Below, in pieces: positions 8,336-18,313 of a stretch of 64,000 nucleotides of DNA. This stretch comes from a virus (lineage: Duplodnaviria > Caudoviricetes): IMG/VR virus record IMGVR_UViG_3300020399_000132, positions 1 to 64,000 of that record; one strand, 5' to 3'. A model generated the notes under the pieces. It did not search any database and was not told the DNA's origin. It worked only from the letters and a program-made list of their open reading frames with translations. A program made the translations under genes and the position numbers. Within the stretch, counting starts at the first letter, position 1. The number at the start of each line of letters is the position of its first letter.

Positions 8336-9189
8336 CTGCCTATAACCATGAATCTCTTATAATTACCAAAATCTTTTTCCCCTTGATACATGATATCTGT
8401 AATTTGATTTTTTTCTGCTAATTCGGAAGAGCTCTCAACACAATTTTCATGTTCTGGTAAATCAATATAATCGTTGCTTTGTAAAACAAAAATCGGTTTA
8501 GGAGTTTCTTTATAATATTCTCTCATTTCACCAATATCAGGCATATGTTCACATGAAGTACATATTATCATATGTCGAATTCTTTTATCATTTCTTTCAA
8601 AATAGTCACCAAATTGATTTAAATTATAAGAAGGTTTAAAATGATACTTATATTTTTGAACTACTTCCTGACAAACTTCATCTGGGTCATATAAATCAAT
8701 TTGTTCAATTTTTTCAACAACTCCTTCTAACATTTCTATCAAAGGCCAACCAAACCAAGATCCAATTATTTCTATTTTAAAAGGATCTTTGCTTCCGAAG
8801 TGTTCAGGTCTTAAAATCTGGCACATCCATTTTTTAGATTCATATTGTCCATCTGTAATAGAATCTAAAAGATCAGAAGCATATTCCGGATAAGATTCAT
8901 CTAAGAATCTTTTAACTTTCATATATGGAGACCATTCCATAGTATTATTATAATTTACTTCATCTTTTTCAAATTGTCCCAAAGTTCTTTCCCATTCACC
9001 TTTAGTTCTTTCCCATTCAATCACATTCCGGCGTTTTTCAGCTGCACGTCTTGCTTCTTCCTTGTCCCATTGTCCTGAAGTTTTTTCCCATAAACCCTCA
9101 CAACGTTGCCATTCAATATTAGCTGCGCGTCTATCTCTTTGGAGAATTTTTAAATCAATTTCCGCTTTTTTAAAATCTTTTATGAACAT
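8329..9189 (-). CDS. putative methyltransferase-like protein with N-terminal GxWE repeat/coiled coil
   Basis: Same motifs as 7643-8335, with near-identical C-terminus GEKDFGNYKRFMVIG. Confidence 0.55.
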   Translation of the reverse strand: MFIKDFKKAEIDLKILQRDRRAANIEWQRCEGLWEKTSGQWDKEEARRAAEKRRNVIEWERTKGEWERTLGQFEKDEVNYNNTMEWSPYMKVKRFLDESYPEYASDLLDSITDGQYESKKWMCQILRPEHFGSKDPFKIEIIGSWFGWPLIEMLEGVVEKIEQIDLYDPDEVCQEVVQKYKYHFKPSYNLNQFGDYFERNDKRIRHMIICTSCEHMPDIGEMREYYKETPKPIFVLQSNDYIDLPEHENCVESSSELAEKNQITDIMYQGEKDFGNYKRFMVIGRW

Positions 9190-9755
9190 CCTACCACTAT
9201 TGAATATTTAACTTTTTGAAAATCATATTCTTCTTCAAATAAAACATCATTCAAATTATTCTGCTCTATTAATTGTTGGGTTGACATCACGGGATTGCAT
9301 GAATATAAACGTTGTCTATTATTCCCGGCTAAAATGAATTTTCCCTTATGTACTTTACCGATAGGATATGTATCTTCACAAAATTTGTGAATAATGGGTC
9401 CCTTAAATTTTATATCATCGAATATAACATCTGTGCAATAAATGTTATCACTTATGAGTTCACAATCTTCACATACATAAGGATCTGAATCATAATATGA
9501 TATATTATAACCTAATTTTTCTATTTTATCAACATGATAATTCATATACCAAGAACAGACGATATTCAAATCATCTTCATCAAAAAATTGAGTAATTAAA
9601 GAATGAATCTTATCATTTAAAACAATATTATATCGATTATTGGCTGAACCTAAATTATGTCGTCTATTTTCCAGTGTACTATACCACAAAGTATCGTATG
9701 AATTTTCCGTTCCATATTTTGAAATAGAAGCAGCGAACTTTTCAAATTCTATCAT
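9180..9755 (-). CDS. hypothetical protein, divergent relative of the methyltransferase-like pair
   Basis: IVCSWY, YDSDP, CED, QLIEQN echo the motifs of the pair; start taken at MIEF. Confidence 0.45.
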   Translation of the reverse strand: MIEFEKFAASISKYGTENSYDTLWYSTLENRRHNLGSANNRYNIVLNDKIHSLITQFFDEDDLNIVCSWYMNYHVDKIEKLGYNISYYDSDPYVCEDCELISDNIYCTDVIFDDIKFKGPIIHKFCEDTYPIGKVHKGKFILAGNNRQRLYSCNPVMSTQQLIEQNNLNDVLFEEEYDFQKVKYSIVVGCS

Positions 9756-10497
9756 AACTGCTCCACATGTCAAGAGCCCAACCTTTTGCTTCATGCAACT
9801 CTACATGAGTTTCATTAGGTTTCGCCCATTTTTTATGAGAAGTATTAAAAAGACATATCTTATAATCAGATCTATATTCTGTTGGATTTAAATCATCTGA
9901 ATATTTACAACCTATATTATAATTATATACATTTCCTGGTAACCAAAAATCTAAATTATTTTTTCTATGTTCCTGATAAAACAAATATTTGTCATATGAG
10001 GGATATGTAAAGAAAGCCTTTTCCTTATTTCTAACTAGCCTCTCATACATATCAAATCCAACATCGTCCTGCCAGGAAACAAAAGAAGAATTAATCGGAG
10101 TCGTCATATATCCATAATTAATTTTTGCTGCTTCATTGTTTCTCCAATAATTCCAAATATAAGTTACCTTATTCTTTTTTCTGTCTACTAGATCGGTTAT
10201 ATTATTTTGAATTAAGATATCTAAATCAAACCAAGCCTTAGGTCCGGAGACATGTTTATATCTATCGAAATAACACATCTTTTCGGATGTAAATATTTGT
10301 GTCCTTGGAAATTCGGAAAAATCATCTGGTATACTTTCTATTTTTATATCTGGATCTATACCAGTTGAATTATCAGTAAGACATGTAAAATTAAAAGGAT
10401 TATTATAATGTTTTTTAAGACTCTTGAAAAGCCTATTAACATATAATCTATTATACTTGGTTCCCCATTTCAAACAATAAAAATTTGTCATTTCCAT
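9742..10497 (-). CDS. GT-A fold glycosyltransferase-like protein
   Basis: CLKWGTKY...YVNRL, FTCLTD, FDLDILI, INSSFVSW; paralog of 7002-7652. Confidence 0.75.
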   Translation of the reverse strand: MEMTNFYCLKWGTKYNRLYVNRLFKSLKKHYNNPFNFTCLTDNSTGIDPDIKIESIPDDFSEFPRTQIFTSEKMCYFDRYKHVSGPKAWFDLDILIQNNITDLVDRKKNKVTYIWNYWRNNEAAKINYGYMTTPINSSFVSWQDDVGFDMYERLVRNKEKAFFTYPSYDKYLFYQEHRKNNLDFWLPGNVYNYNIGCKYSDDLNPTEYRSDYKICLFNTSHKKWAKPNETHVELHEAKGWALDMWSSYDRI

Positions 10498-11528
10498 TGA
10501 TCTCTAAAAGCATCAAAACCTGATCCACACTTCTCAGCACATACTGTAGATTTACCATCTGCACAAGAAGATATATTCCAACTTTTTTGTAATTTTTTAA
10601 AGAATCCACCTTCAATAATATTTCGGAGAGGTGTATGAAGTGCATTAATATCTTTTAAATCATCGAAATATGACCATATCTGATTTTCACCTATTTCTTG
10701 ATAAGCTTTATAAAATCTACCTGCTGTCCAACAACAGGGAGTTACTAAACCTTCAGCACTTATATATATTTCATTATTATCTAATGACTTACATGTAATT
10801 TTTGTTTGATCTAAATACTTTTGAAAGGAACCATGACTCTTAATCAATTTATCATAGCTGTTAACGCTCTTATTCTGATTTTCTGGATTAGTTGGTGGCT
10901 TAATCTCATTCCCCTTAGTGGTTATCTTTTTATCAACTTTCTTACCTTTATAGCTTTGTACCCACCTACCAGTTTTTTTTCTTACAAATTCGAGTCCGAA
11001 TAATTTAGCCATTCTTTCCGCTTCTTCGACTTGATGTTCATTATGTTCAAAAATTAAATATACCCAAATACCCTTACCGCCGGCTTGAGTAAATACATCC
11101 ATGGCATGTTCTACCTTTTTCCAATTTACATTAACTCGATATAAATGATTTGTATCTTCTAAGCCATCTACACTAAAAGTAACCTTTCCTCTAGATCCTA
11201 ATATTAAAACTAATTCTTTCCACCAATCATCATCTCTAGCTCCAGCATTTGTAGTCATATGAAGATACATTTTAGGATTATTAACTCTAAGATATCTAAA
11301 AATGGAAAGCGTATCATTAGACACAAGTGGGTCTCCATGATTACCACACATCAATAAAGAATTTAATTGATGAACAAAATCTATATCAACCATGCTCATG
11401 AAATTATTCAAAGATAATTCAGCATTTTTCATATGTCGATTATTTGTCCTGTCACACATCGGGCATTGTGCTTGACATCTTTGTGTTGGTTCTAAATGAA
11501 TATGTTTTATTTGATCCGAAATATACAT
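10488..11528 (-). CDS. radical SAM enzyme with C-terminal SPASM/Twitch-like domain
   Basis: CQAQCPMC, CGNHGDP, FSVDG; C-terminal C..YISAEG.V.PCC...C..KC. Confidence 0.92.
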   Translation of the reverse strand: MYISDQIKHIHLEPTQRCQAQCPMCDRTNNRHMKNAELSLNNFMSMVDIDFVHQLNSLLMCGNHGDPLVSNDTLSIFRYLRVNNPKMYLHMTTNAGARDDDWWKELVLILGSRGKVTFSVDGLEDTNHLYRVNVNWKKVEHAMDVFTQAGGKGIWVYLIFEHNEHQVEEAERMAKLFGLEFVRKKTGRWVQSYKGKKVDKKITTKGNEIKPPTNPENQNKSVNSYDKLIKSHGSFQKYLDQTKITCKSLDNNEIYISAEGLVTPCCWTAGRFYKAYQEIGENQIWSYFDDLKDINALHTPLRNIIEGGFFKKLQKSWNISSCADGKSTVCAEKCGSGFDAFRDQWK

Positions 11529-12647
11529 TTAATAAAAACTTTCAAACTCTGGCCACTCATTAAGTAAATTAGTTTTATTTCTTTTATCACATAATTTAAG
11601 AAAATTCATTCCTTCTATAAAAATATTATTATCAACCGGAATATTTAATTTTAATAAATTTTTTATATCATCAGAAATATATCTTTGATTTTTGCCTTGA
11701 TATAATTTTTTCACTCCGTTTGGCAAACAATCTATTGTAAAATAACCGGGAACAACTAATAAATTTGATAATGGTGATAATATATTAAAATTCTCTTTTA
11801 AATAAATTTGTATCTCATCTAAGTAACCAACATTTAATGTTTGAACCGTAACTTCAAATCCTATAGGATATGTTGATTGTAATTTTTTAATATTCTCGAT
11901 CTTTTTTTTCCAAACAGTTCCGGTTCTAATATATTCTTCTTTTTTATCAATCCCATCTATAGAAATATTAAAATATAATTTTTTAAATGCTTTTTTATAT
12001 TGAAATAAATGTCCGGGAATTTTTGTGGCGTTAGTAAGAGTAGATATTTTTATTTTTTTTGAAAATCCATGACCGATAAGCCACTCTAAAAAATCATAAT
12101 AACCATCGGTCATTAGCGGTTCGCCACCCGAAATAATTATTCTTGTTACAGAAGGTAAAATCTCTTTTAAATCTTCATAAGTTTTTTTATTAAAAGTATT
12201 TTCATATATTGGCCATTCTCCTTCATTATATTTTTCCTTATGTTGCGACCAGGCGGACGAAGATTGTGGACCGCACATCAAACATTTGAGATTACATAAA
12301 TTTCCAAATTTAATTTTAAAGGTTGGGTTATTGGGAATTAATTTTTTGCCTTGTTTAAATTTTTCTACTTGTCCCTCATAATCATTCTTTAAACTTTCTT
12401 TTCTTCTGGAATTCAATCCGCGATCTTCTCGTTTCCAACAGGATTGACAAATATCTAATCTTTTATTTTCTAAAAAAGCTTTTCTTTTATCGTTGATATA
12501 ATCAGAATTAAAATATTCTAAAATAGAATACTTATCACTGAACATTTTAGATTCACCTAGATTATCACAGCATAATTGATATTCATTAAATGAAGAAACA
12601 GTAAATTGTGTAAACGGGAGAGCGCAGAAATTTTTTAATTTTTCCAT
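11529..12647 (-). CDS. radical SAM enzyme with N-terminal Twitch-like Cys domain
   Basis: N-terminal FCALPF, CC, CQSCW..E; CNLKCLMC, SGGEP, TNAT, SIDG. Confidence 0.92.
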   Translation of the reverse strand: MEKLKNFCALPFTQFTVSSFNEYQLCCDNLGESKMFSDKYSILEYFNSDYINDKRKAFLENKRLDICQSCWKREDRGLNSRRKESLKNDYEGQVEKFKQGKKLIPNNPTFKIKFGNLCNLKCLMCGPQSSSAWSQHKEKYNEGEWPIYENTFNKKTYEDLKEILPSVTRIIISGGEPLMTDGYYDFLEWLIGHGFSKKIKISTLTNATKIPGHLFQYKKAFKKLYFNISIDGIDKKEEYIRTGTVWKKKIENIKKLQSTYPIGFEVTVQTLNVGYLDEIQIYLKENFNILSPLSNLLVVPGYFTIDCLPNGVKKLYQGKNQRYISDDIKNLLKLNIPVDNNIFIEGMNFLKLCDKRNKTNLLNEWPEFESFY

Positions 12648-13663
12648 AGAGGAAATTTATTTTCAGGTTTTCTTTTTGGAATTTTACTATCTGCAGAACT
12701 TACACAATTATCAGTTATGCAAGGCATGAGCTTATCAAATAATTTAAATCCGGTTTCAATATTTCCTAGAGGTACATCTGAGCAAGAATATGACCGCTTA
12801 ATGCTCCCACAAGGCTCGCGTATAATAATACTACGATACCCCGACGAACAGATCCAGCCTTTGAATTCATTAAAATTAAACGCATTAAATCTCTCAGCTT
12901 GATCCACTTCATATATATTTCCTTTTGAATCTACTAAATCTATTTCACGTTCTGTTGGTCTGGAATCATTATGTAAAATATCTAACTGTCCTTGTGTATA
13001 TCCATCTACAACTTTTGTAGCTGTCGGATTTGATTGTGGTTTTAGTGTTGTGTGTATACCACGATCTTTAAAATATAAAACATGTTCTGTTAGTTCCCAA
13101 AATCTTTCCGGAATCATCACCATATTAATTGTTATTCTAATTCCATTATCTTGAAGGAAAACTAATTTATCAGCAAAATCTGCTATCTTATCTTGTGTAT
13201 TTAAAGCTTCAAAATGTGCGGAAGCAGTAATAGAAGCCTTATCAAATTTATTCGCGTATTTAATATATGTTTCAAACCATTTTATTTTACGAGAACAATT
13301 TGAAGTCATATGTATGCGCTGACGATTACAATTATCTTCATCATCTGCAAGGTGTTGTAGTATATCCAAATAGCCGGGATGAAAGGTCGGCTCTCCTCCG
13401 GATAAAGACCAATTGAAAGAATTAAATCCTTGTTTTCTTGCTTGTTTTTTTATGCTATCAATTGTCTTAATACAAAGTTCAGTTGGTCTATGATCTTTTT
13501 TATCTGATCTAGCATACGGCCAACAATAGGAACATTTGTAATTACAAAATCTACCTAACAACCAAGATATTGTAAACGTATCTCGATACAACATTGTTTT
13601 AGTACCGAGAGCCTCAATATCCTTCCATGGTATTTTTGTAAAATCTTCTTCATTGTGTCGCAT
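12635..13663 (-). CDS. radical SAM enzyme with C-terminal Cys-rich domain
   Basis: CNYKCSYC, SGGEPT; FKGWIC...SC...PC...C. Confidence 0.92.
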   Translation of the reverse strand: MRHNEEDFTKIPWKDIEALGTKTMLYRDTFTISWLLGRFCNYKCSYCWPYARSDKKDHRPTELCIKTIDSIKKQARKQGFNSFNWSLSGGEPTFHPGYLDILQHLADDEDNCNRQRIHMTSNCSRKIKWFETYIKYANKFDKASITASAHFEALNTQDKIADFADKLVFLQDNGIRITINMVMIPERFWELTEHVLYFKDRGIHTTLKPQSNPTATKVVDGYTQGQLDILHNDSRPTEREIDLVDSKGNIYEVDQAERFNAFNFNEFKGWICSSGYRSIIIREPCGSIKRSYSCSDVPLGNIETGFKLFDKLMPCITDNCVSSADSKIPKRKPENKFPLWKN

Positions 13664-14561
13664 GAACAAAATCAAATTGTTTAGGTGTATAATTCATTAA
13701 ATTCATTTCATTATCCATATCCCATAAAGGGGCTGTCAATGTGTGAACATTTTTAAATTTTCCTTTAAATCTTGCATACACCTTTGTTATTAATTCTTCA
13801 TACTTTGGCAAATACATAATTTTAATTTTACAAGGTAAATTTACTTCTTCACAAAATCGTTCTAATTTATTAATATATCTATCATTAATAAATTCTGGAT
13901 GTATTGAAAAATTTATCAATGAAAGTTTATTTAATTCTTTTAAATAGGATACTTGCCTGGTGCCGTTAGTTAAAGTCCAAATTGTCGCTTCGGGTACTTT
14001 TTCTTTTAACCATTTTACAAAATCTATATAATGAGGAATAAGAGTTGGTTCTCCTCCTGAAATAGTTATTTTTTTAACATTTAAGGGATTAACTTTGGTC
14101 CAGGCTTCTTGCATTCTCTCCAAGGAAGTCCAGGAGCCTTTATAATCATGGCTACGAGGGTCACAATAAGTGCAGCTGAAATTACACCTACGATCAGTAT
14201 AATAATCAACGGCAACACCAACATCACTCGTAACAGCGTAAATTTTATCATGGGGTTCTAACTTTCCTTTTAGTCTCATATTGTCTATCATTAATAAATG
14301 ATCTTCGGTCCGACCTTTTGGCATCGCTATATCAGTACCACAAAAACAATTTTCATTAGGACATACTATTGTTTTAGGTTCTGTATATTCATCTATTGAA
14401 ACCGGATAAGGTGTCCTACATACCGCAGTGCCTACCTCCCACCATGCAGCATCAATAATATAATTCGTTTGTTTACAATGCCATCCTTTAAAATTAGTTC
14501 TATTTTTAATAGTTTGATCATCACAAGATTTTAAACCATGGTCGGTTAAAACTTTAAGCAT
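13650..14561 (-). CDS. radical SAM enzyme with N-terminal (permuted) Cys-rich domain
   Basis: FKGWHC...C...CPNENCFC at the N-terminus; CNFSCTYC, SGGEPT, TNG. Confidence 0.9.
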   Translation of the reverse strand: MLKVLTDHGLKSCDDQTIKNRTNFKGWHCKQTNYIIDAAWWEVGTAVCRTPYPVSIDEYTEPKTIVCPNENCFCGTDIAMPKGRTEDHLLMIDNMRLKGKLEPHDKIYAVTSDVGVAVDYYTDRRCNFSCTYCDPRSHDYKGSWTSLERMQEAWTKVNPLNVKKITISGGEPTLIPHYIDFVKWLKEKVPEATIWTLTNGTRQVSYLKELNKLSLINFSIHPEFINDRYINKLERFCEEVNLPCKIKIMYLPKYEELITKVYARFKGKFKNVHTLTAPLWDMDNEMNLMNYTPKQFDFVHATQ

Positions 14562-15568
14562 TTAGAGACCTCGTAATATATTTCTTCACATTTATTTGGA
14601 AGATAATCCCTTTTATTCATCCAGTTAATTAATTTAATGCAATAATTTTTATCGAATACATTTGTCTTTAAGAAATTTATTATTTCTTTCTGTAAAAAAT
14701 TATTATTATTATTTATTATAATATCTTTTACGCTAGAAGGTAAATAAGATGCGTTTAACCATTCTGGTGCGTCTAAAAAATCATATGATATAGTATTATT
14801 GGTTATCCCTTTTGATTCTATCCACTTAATCGTATCAGTTAAGTCTGTGCTATTAAGGGTATGAAAGACGTAATGAGGTATTACGAAAAAATGCTTTAAT
14901 TGTTTATCAAAATTTCTTTCAAATCGAGACCATTTAGTTCCATATCTAACGAATTCTGCTACATCACCAATTCCGTCAATACTAACATTATAATTCAAAC
15001 TCTTGAATCTGGTAAGATATTCTCTCCATTTTTCATTTGGGAAAATAGAATTATTTGTAACAATCATTAAATTAATATTTTCAATTTTAAGAGTATTAAA
15101 CAATTCTAAATACAGTGGATCCATAAATGGCTCACCACCAAGAATTTTTAAATCTTCTAACTCACTTAAATCTAAATCTGGTAATGAATTTTTATGTAAT
15201 TTTCCACCAATTGCCGAACTGAATTTGGAATTACAACCCATGCATTTAAAATTACATAAATTGGAAGCGGAAAATTCTAATTCCTTTATTTTTGGATTTT
15301 GAATATATTTTTTATCATATTTGCTATTGAAATTTTTGCGATAACTAGGTTTGCCTATTTCGTCATCTCTATAACATTTTTCGCAACCCTCAATCCATTC
15401 ATCTTTAAGCATTTTTGATCTAAGGTCTATATTTTCAGGACCATTAAATGCTTGAAATAGACTATCATATTTTGGATAAATTCTTTTATCAAAAATGCAA
15501 CATGGATTTATTTCTCCAGACGGATTCAATTGTATATGAGTAAAGGGCGCCATGCAAAAATGTTTCAT
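14546..15568 (-). CDS. radical SAM enzyme with N-terminal Twitch-like domain
   Basis: FCMAPF, PCC, CEKCY; CNFKCMGC, LGGEP, SIDG. Confidence 0.92.
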   Translation of the reverse strand: MKHFCMAPFTHIQLNPSGEINPCCIFDKRIYPKYDSLFQAFNGPENIDLRSKMLKDEWIEGCEKCYRDDEIGKPSYRKNFNSKYDKKYIQNPKIKELEFSASNLCNFKCMGCNSKFSSAIGGKLHKNSLPDLDLSELEDLKILGGEPFMDPLYLELFNTLKIENINLMIVTNNSIFPNEKWREYLTRFKSLNYNVSIDGIGDVAEFVRYGTKWSRFERNFDKQLKHFFVIPHYVFHTLNSTDLTDTIKWIESKGITNNTISYDFLDAPEWLNASYLPSSVKDIIINNNNNFLQKEIINFLKTNVFDKNYCIKLINWMNKRDYLPNKCEEIYYEVSKCLKF

Positions 15569-16968
15569 TTTACGCGGACCAATTCATTATGTTCATCTAT
15601 TTGATAATTTTGAAAATAGTCATTGAAATTTTGATTCCATACCATATCAGATTTTTTTCTATAAATTAAAAATCTATTATATTCATGATATCGTGGTTTA
15701 AAGCTTTTAATATATTTAACTATGCGATGTAATTTTTCCAGAGTCTGTTCATGCTTTACCCAATACATGTGTCCAGTTTTTTCGGAAACTCTGTCTATAG
15801 GTTTATCAAAATATGATTTAATTAGTTCCTCTGTTTTTTCTATATCTTTCATTGTTTCTTTTTCAAAATCTAATAATATCAATGAGGGATCTAAATATTT
15901 TGGGGATTGCACTATGGATATATTCACAGATGCTTCTAAACTTATAAAAGATTCAAATACATCATAAATGTCCAGCATTTGATATATTGATGTTGTACAT
16001 GTAATATCCAACCAGGTATAATCATTATGTTCTCTAAATTTTTTAATATTTTTTTCTAATTGATCCCATGTTCCACCATTCCTAAAATAAGAATAAAATG
16101 TCCTGCCGGCATCAACCGATATTGTAATGGTAGAGGTATTAAATGGTAATAATAATTCAGATAATTTAACAACATCAAAATCAGAATTAAAATTAGAATG
16201 GAAACTAAGATGTATATTAGAAGCATTAGGGTGATCAGCTAACTTTTTTAATACTGGAAGAAATTGTTTTTGGTATAAAAGTTCTCCACCTGCAAAATTA
16301 ATATGTTCCAGATAAGGAAAATTTTCATTCAAATCATCGACTATTTGCAAAGCTTGCTGGACAGTCAGAGCCATTTCATAATCATCATTAACATCTTTCC
16401 TATGCTCGGTTCCTAATAGTTGTTTTAAATCGTATAGGTGAGTTTCTTCATCTGGTATAAAATTTTGAAGCTTCTTTGACCATCCGGAAGAAAATACTTT
16501 AGAACAATGTATGCAAGCAAAATTGCAAGCATTACTAAATCTAAGTTCTATATGTCTCAATCCTTCATTTCTCACATAATGAGTTTCTGGATCGTAACAC
16601 TTTATTAAAAAATGCTCCTCTGGGCAATGTTCCTTATGAAATTCTTCATAAAATTGAACAGTATATATGTTAGCGTCTTTGGGAGGTTTTCCCTGATCCT
16701 TATAAAAACTACCATTCTTTTCTAAAGTAAAATCCTGCCTCATAGAAGGGACGCCAACCGCCTCCATTGATTCGCAAGTATCACACCCTTTAGGCCATTC
16801 ATCATTGTGAAGTTTTCTTCTCAACTCTTTAAAATTTTCATGATTATAAATTTCCGAAGGTAAAAAAGTATCTTTTTGGAAAACTAATTGATCTGCCTGC
16901 CTTGGACAACAAGAAACAGTTCCGTTTTTATAATTTATTCCACCCATTGCATAAAAACATTGTTTCAT
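15565..16968 (-). CDS. radical SAM enzyme with N-terminal Twitch-like domain
   Basis: SCC, GCDTC..E; CNFACIHC, AGGE, SVDA. Confidence 0.9.
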   Translation of the reverse strand: MKQCFYAMGGINYKNGTVSCCPRQADQLVFQKDTFLPSEIYNHENFKELRRKLHNDEWPKGCDTCESMEAVGVPSMRQDFTLEKNGSFYKDQGKPPKDANIYTVQFYEEFHKEHCPEEHFLIKCYDPETHYVRNEGLRHIELRFSNACNFACIHCSKVFSSGWSKKLQNFIPDEETHLYDLKQLLGTEHRKDVNDDYEMALTVQQALQIVDDLNENFPYLEHINFAGGELLYQKQFLPVLKKLADHPNASNIHLSFHSNFNSDFDVVKLSELLLPFNTSTITISVDAGRTFYSYFRNGGTWDQLEKNIKKFREHNDYTWLDITCTTSIYQMLDIYDVFESFISLEASVNISIVQSPKYLDPSLILLDFEKETMKDIEKTEELIKSYFDKPIDRVSEKTGHMYWVKHEQTLEKLHRIVKYIKSFKPRYHEYNRFLIYRKKSDMVWNQNFNDYFQNYQIDEHNELVRVK

Positions 16969-17390
16969 ATCATATCTCCATAAATTCTTTCACTATATCT
17001 ATACCAATCTGGTTTCATATCTATTTTTTCTTGAAGTCGAATTTTTATTATTTTAAGATCTTTATCATTTGGTTTCCAATTTTTATATAATTCATCTGGC
17101 CATTGTTCTCTTTTAAACACGCGCGATGGATCTGGTTTCATTCCTCGCATTTTCATTTCTTCAATTAGTTCCAAATATCTATCATGTAAATACTCACCTT
17201 TATTAAAAAAGAATTTAATGTGGCCCTTATTTAATGTATAATCTTTCGGTAACGTTTCTTTTGTTTCATTCCATTTTGGGGATTTTAATGAACGCTGCAA
17301 TGCCGAGCCTACCATAAAGATTTCTCTATATTCTGCAACTAAATGTTGGTCAGCTAATTCTTTTGGTTTTATTATATTAATTCTTGTCAT
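16965..17390 (-). CDS. denV: pyrimidine-dimer DNA glycosylase (T4 endonuclease V-like)
   Basis: MTRIN, L.DQHL.AEYRE, GHIKFFFNK..YL..RY..L..EM..RG, KPDWYRY. Confidence 0.93.
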   Translation of the reverse strand: MTRINIIKPKELADQHLVAEYREIFMVGSALQRSLKSPKWNETKETLPKDYTLNKGHIKFFFNKGEYLHDRYLELIEEMKMRGMKPDPSRVFKREQWPDELYKNWKPNDKDLKIIKIRLQEKIDMKPDWYRYSERIYGDMI

Positions 17391-18313
17391 ATCTCTTTAT
17401 CTATAAAAATATCTCTTTTTTTAACCTTACAAGTCTTCCAACATTTTTCTACTGGTGAGGGCCATGACCAAGATTTTTGTATAAGATCAAACATTTCACC
17501 ATCAATAACTTCTGATATAGTATTATATTTTAAATTGTTTGCTAAAATTCCTCCGGAGCCAGTCCAAATTTTTCCAAATTTAGTTTTTCCTTTTCTGGTA
17601 GCGGCTATTTCCAAAGCCTCGGAATTTAAATAACAACAAGGTAGCAATGCTCCGGTATGATTTATAAATAATCTTTTTTGATTACCATATTTACATTGAA
17701 TTTCTTTTTCTTCTTCCACTTCTTTTTTTACCTCTCCGCTTCCTCCTCTATGAGAAAATATTGCTCTGAATCTTTTAAACCCTTCCTCTTCCGACATTCT
17801 TTCTGCATCATCAAATAAGTGCTCGTTATGGTCAAACACAATAAACTGCCAAGTTGCATTGCCTCCTGCTCCTATAAAGGCTCTCCAATTTTCTTGCACT
17901 TTTTTAAAATTAGAACCGATTCGATATTTTACTAATGATTCCTGATCTGTTCCATCTAATCCAAAAAATACTGAGGCCCCTAGTTCACCCAACTCCTTCC
18001 AAAATTCTTTTGTTTTGGTAGACCCATTAGATGCAATATTAACATCTGTAAAAGATTTAAAATGTCTTACAATTTTTAATATATCTGGATGAAGGGTGGG
18101 CTCATCTACGGAACCACAAAAATTTAATAATTTAAGATTAGGAAATTCTTTAGAGGTAATCCATCTTTTAAGATCTTCAAAATCAATAATATTTTTATTT
18201 AAAATAGATTCAACTTGTTCTTTCTTTTCTTGCCTAAGACAACCGGGGCATGCTATATTACAAAAGCTAGTTAATTCTACATCAATCCACTCAATTGTTT
18301 TATTATTCCACAT
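17387..18313 (-). CDS. radical SAM enzyme with C-terminal SPASM/Twitch-like domain
   Basis: CNIACPGC, CGSVDEP, GLDG, WQFIVF.HNEH, PCC, C..TC. Confidence 0.92.
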   Translation of the reverse strand: MWNNKTIEWIDVELTSFCNIACPGCLRQEKKEQVESILNKNIIDFEDLKRWITSKEFPNLKLLNFCGSVDEPTLHPDILKIVRHFKSFTDVNIASNGSTKTKEFWKELGELGASVFFGLDGTDQESLVKYRIGSNFKKVQENWRAFIGAGGNATWQFIVFDHNEHLFDDAERMSEEEGFKRFRAIFSHRGGSGEVKKEVEEEKEIQCKYGNQKRLFINHTGALLPCCYLNSEALEIAATRKGKTKFGKIWTGSGGILANNLKYNTISEVIDGEMFDLIQKSWSWPSPVEKCWKTCKVKKRDIFIDKEI

